Source of the DNA: Octopus bimaculoides
Lineage: Eukaryota
NCBI RefSeq assembly: GCF_001194135.2
Contig: NC_069010.1
Coordinates: 8,304,190-8,368,189 of the forward strand
DNA: 64,000 bases
Direction: 5' to 3'
Below are positions 60,166 through 64,000 of this stretch, in pieces (the stretch's first letter is position 1; every line of letters begins with the position of its first letter). The notes beneath the pieces are model-generated. The model searched no databases and had not been told where the DNA came from. It saw only the letters and a list, made by a program, of their open reading frames with translations. The position numbers were made by a program, and so were the translations under genes.

Positions 60166-60597
60166 AGCAAATTTAAAATGAAAAAAGCAAATAAAACGAA
60201 GGTATGGAGATTAAATACGCTTTACATCGCTTAATGAGCCAAAGGAGTAAATGTAAACAACTGATAAAAAGTTTTTGTTGAAGAAACAACGATTGAATAA
60301 ATTCGCATTTATCAGCATGATGTAAAATTAACCAACGTAATTCTAATTATAATCTTCAATTAAACTGCAGAAATATATAACTGCACTTTTATAATTGAGT
60401 GAAAAAACACAAAGGCACCTGCAGCTTGCTAATATATATCACGCAAATAAACACTCGGTGTCAGTTGTGATCTTATAATCGATTGTGAATTATTAGCAAC
60501 CAAATTCATTCTGACAATACAGTCTCTTGCGTGCTGTTATCTATCTATCTATCTATCCATCCATCTGTCGTCTGCCTTTCTGTCTGTCGTCTGTTTT

Positions 60598-60648
<51 letters not shown>

Positions 60649-60726
60649 GTGTGGATGTGCATATATATGTATGTAGGCATATAGATATATAGGAATACCT
60701 ATATGTATATCTTTAAATGCATGTGT

Positions 60727-60767
<41 letters not shown>

Positions 60768-61299
60768 ATGTATATATATGAGGGTGTTTCTATATCTATC
60801 GTGGAGCTATAAAATAACGTATACTAACAACCAACATTCAATTCGCATAGTACTTACTACCATACTACCACATAACTATAAGCCTACCATATACGTAATG
60901 CACACACACACACCTATATATATATATATTGTAAGTATACTTATGTATGAGCAGAGCAGATTATTCGTCGAATAACAAAACATAGTTTACTATTTTTTCC
61001 ACTATCTTCTTCTTTTATACCTACCCATTGTGATTTTTCAGGAATTCTCATAAATTGTTAGTGATGCTTCCGAATAACAATTTGGCACTCTTGACTTTTC
61101 GAGTGCTTTTCAACCATTCCAATTCTTTTCTAGTTTTATTGTATCTGCTTCGTGTTTCTGTGTGTGTGTTGTGTATGTTTTTGCTTGAACGTGTATGTAT
61201 GAATGCGTATGGCGTGTAAGTTCGCTTGCGTAAAAGTACGGGAAGTAAAATATAAGAAGATAGTTATGTATTTAGATTACCTGATCCATCCATGTAACC

Positions 61300-61870
61300 A
61301 TCGATCTTCTCCACCCACAATTCGTAGGCACCTCTTCTCGGGTACCTCTTCTAGAAGGTAGAAGCAACCGTCATTACACATTTTGGTTGGATTCTCAAGT
61401 GTGACCAGCTGAGATTATAGATATCCAGCCATCCCATTCTTATAGATATCCAACCATCTCATTCTTGCTCTACCCCTAGATCTCCCGCCAACTGGTTCGG
61501 CTTGAAGAATCCGTCTTGCGACTCTTTCGGGCGAAATTCTAATCACATGTCTGTAGCACCAGAGCTGTGACCTTTTAATGCGGAGAAGTAGCGGTTGGAC
61601 CTGGTGAAAGTCCTTGATCTCCAAGCTATGCAACTTGCTGGGTGACGTTACTCTAGAGATTCTTTGGAGAAAACCCGTTTCGGCCGCTTGTGTTCGTGAT
61701 CGTATTCTTTCGGTCATTATCCGATGTTCATGACTTTGGATGAAGTTAAACACGAAAACTGAATCGAAGAGAGTGAGTTTGATTTCTTTACTGATTTCTC
61801 CTCTTATGCGGATCGAATGCTCGAATTGGCGCATTTCTGTGCCAGCAATCGCAACCCTAGCGTCCGATTC
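61300..61870 (-). mobile_element. RTE-clade LINE RT C-terminal remnant
   Basis: ORF 61415-61900: MTERIRSRTQAAETGFLQRI...VQPLLLRIKRSQLWCYRHVIRI...GGRSRGRARMRWLD, the RTE/Rex3-like tail. Confidence 0.85.
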
Positions 61871-61984
61871 AGCCCCCTGATTCCCCTCACGAATGAACAC
61901 AGCTCGAGGAACTTCATTTGTCGCAATGCAGAAGATTACTTGATTTCAAAGTTTAGCAGAAGACCGCTAATTTCAGAAGAGAGA

Positions 61985-62225
61985 ATAAGCCGATTATATC
62001 GACCCAGTACTCAACTGGTACTTATTTATCGATTCCGAAAGTTTGAAAGGCAAAGTTAACCCCGGGCAGCATTTAAACCTAGGATGTAAAGACGGACGAA
62101 ATGCCGCTAAGCAATTTGTCCGGCGTGCTAACGATTCTGCCAGCTTGTCGCCTTTAGATGTAATCGACCATTCCTCTCCCCCCCCCCAAATTTCAGGCCT
62201 TGTGCCTATAATAGAAAGGATTATT
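61985..62225. mobile_element. Family C SINE with inverted 5' part
   Basis: 61985-62150 is the head and body on the - strand; 62155-62225 is the 3' end on the + strand. Confidence 0.7.
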
Positions 62226-64000
62226 TTCTCATTCTTTTTGCAATCTGTACTTTGGTGTTTGAGCAACCTGCAAATACATTTAGCTGGACTTGTTCAGAAT
62301 CAGAAAGTTCTTCATTACCGAATAAGGTGACCTATTCATATGTCGGAAACGGAGTAACTGCTACATACATATGCAAGCATTTTAACGTGTTTTCCGGCAT
62401 ACATGTCGGGATGGTATATTGTGTAAACAGGTGGTGTAAATACGTTGTGCAAACATTTAAGAATTGTCACTATTTTTTCAAATCCTGCAGCATTTCACAT
62501 GGAATGTTCTGTCCTTCAAAGGTTTTTTGGTGTATAAGTCGACCTACCTTTTTTTTGGTGGGGGTTTGTAAATTTTGGCCTTGTACATCGGTAAAGGCAG
62601 TAGACCGCCTTCAAAAGATTCCACCTTATAGATTAGCAAATCTTTGCTCATCGATGCGTTGCAACCACAAGTCCTCTGAAGTACTACGGTCTTTCGTTTA
62701 TCTCTCCTATTGATACTACAACAGTTCAAGTTTCTCTGAACTAACTAATTACGTACCAACTCCTCTTTTACTCTCAGTCATCAATCCTAACTGTGTCTCA
62801 CTCGACAAATGTCACATTAAGAGTGTTTATTAGAAGGAAACGACAATGGAGTCTAACTTCATATGTTGCTTTCAAGTTCTTGTCTTGTCAACAAAGCTTG
62901 TTTCACTTACCAGTCTTTTATGACTCAATAAATTAATTGCCATACCCATTGATTTATAGCATCTGCTGTCGAACATTTGACTCTTACGTGTAGCCCGCCT
63001 ACTTATAGGTTATAAAATAAATATCGGTAATATAGTGCAATGAGCAGGGTAATGTCAAAGGTTAGAAACAACATACACTCCTAACCTCAACAAGAAAATC
63101 AAGACGAAAATGATACCATAAGTAAACTACAACTTGTCTGCGTGGTGGAGAAGACAGATCTCTCTTTCTCTCTCTCTCTCTTTATATATTATTTTCTTTT
63201 TTTTTTTACTCACTATCTAATAACGAATGTTACGCGACTGAAAAAAAAGTTCAACCAACGGAGAAAAGCCTCGGGAATATATTTCTATTTTTAATAAGAA
63301 CATTACAGTCTATCTTACAATTCTTCTCACAGTTAGCTAGTAAATATGCCAAGAAATATATATTTCGTTCTATATTACTTTGAACTTAGGAAGAGATTCA
63401 AGTTATTACTATGAAGCCATTGTTGTGTCAATGAATTAGAGATTTTAATAAGTTTGGCCAGAACTGGGAGATTATTAGATCGGCTTGTATTTAGAGACAA
63501 ATTAGTCATTTTTCTAAGAAGGCAAAAACTGTTTCATTATTTCTTTTAAATGTATAAGTAACTTTACATTTAATTATATTCTAATAAATCGTTTATATAA
63601 TACACTTTAACTCAAATAATGTTTAAGCTATAATGAATGAATTTTCTGTAGATTCTGTAATTATTAGTGACTGTCTGTCTACCAGTAATTAATCCTGTAG
63701 ATTTCTTGGGAATGGATAAATTGGGATTTATGTCAGTAATATATTTTTCTAGGACAATAGTGACGTAAGTAAATTAAAATGGCTACGTGCGAGAATAGAA
63801 ATCTAGTCGCTGCATTGACTGAACGAGAGTCTGTTTCTACGGCCCTCATCATAATTTTAATCGTATTTCCATTCAGTTTTAGATCTGAATAATTTTAACG
63901 AAACACTTTATAAACTGTCTAGTTTGTTTACAGACATAGGATGTGTCTATTTGTAGTCCGTCTTTATAAGTGTCGAGGAACGTTCTGAGTTTAAATTCCG

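Overview
AT-rich, microsatellite- and SINE-laden animal genomic DNA with ten N-gaps. The repeat content suggests a coleoid cephalopod, probably Octopus (inference). Two intron-containing protein-coding genes lie in tandem on the + strand. (1) An ataxin-2 gene (Lsm, LsmAD, PAM2, Pro/Gln/His-rich tail). I could chain 20 GT-AG exons in consistent phase from 4003 to a stop at 42370-42372 (about 968 codons); the ATG exon was not found. (2) An MMP21-like matrix metalloproteinase, of which only one exon is visible, a giant 3520-nt exon (45535-49054). It carries the prodomain start, a variant cysteine switch, a ~1011-aa Ser/Thr/Asn-rich insertion with several proprotein-convertase sites, the RKRR furin site and the N-terminal half of the catalytic domain. 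This hugely expanded, multiply cleavable MMP21 prodomain is the most striking observation. The introns hold three tRNA-headed SINE families (one young, with intact target-site duplications), RTE, CR1-like and REL-endonuclease LINE remnants, piggyBac-like MITEs, mariner and pogo ends, several inverted-repeat pairs, and a perfect 40-bp telomere-repeat palindrome. All homology calls come from my recognition of motifs; no database search was run.
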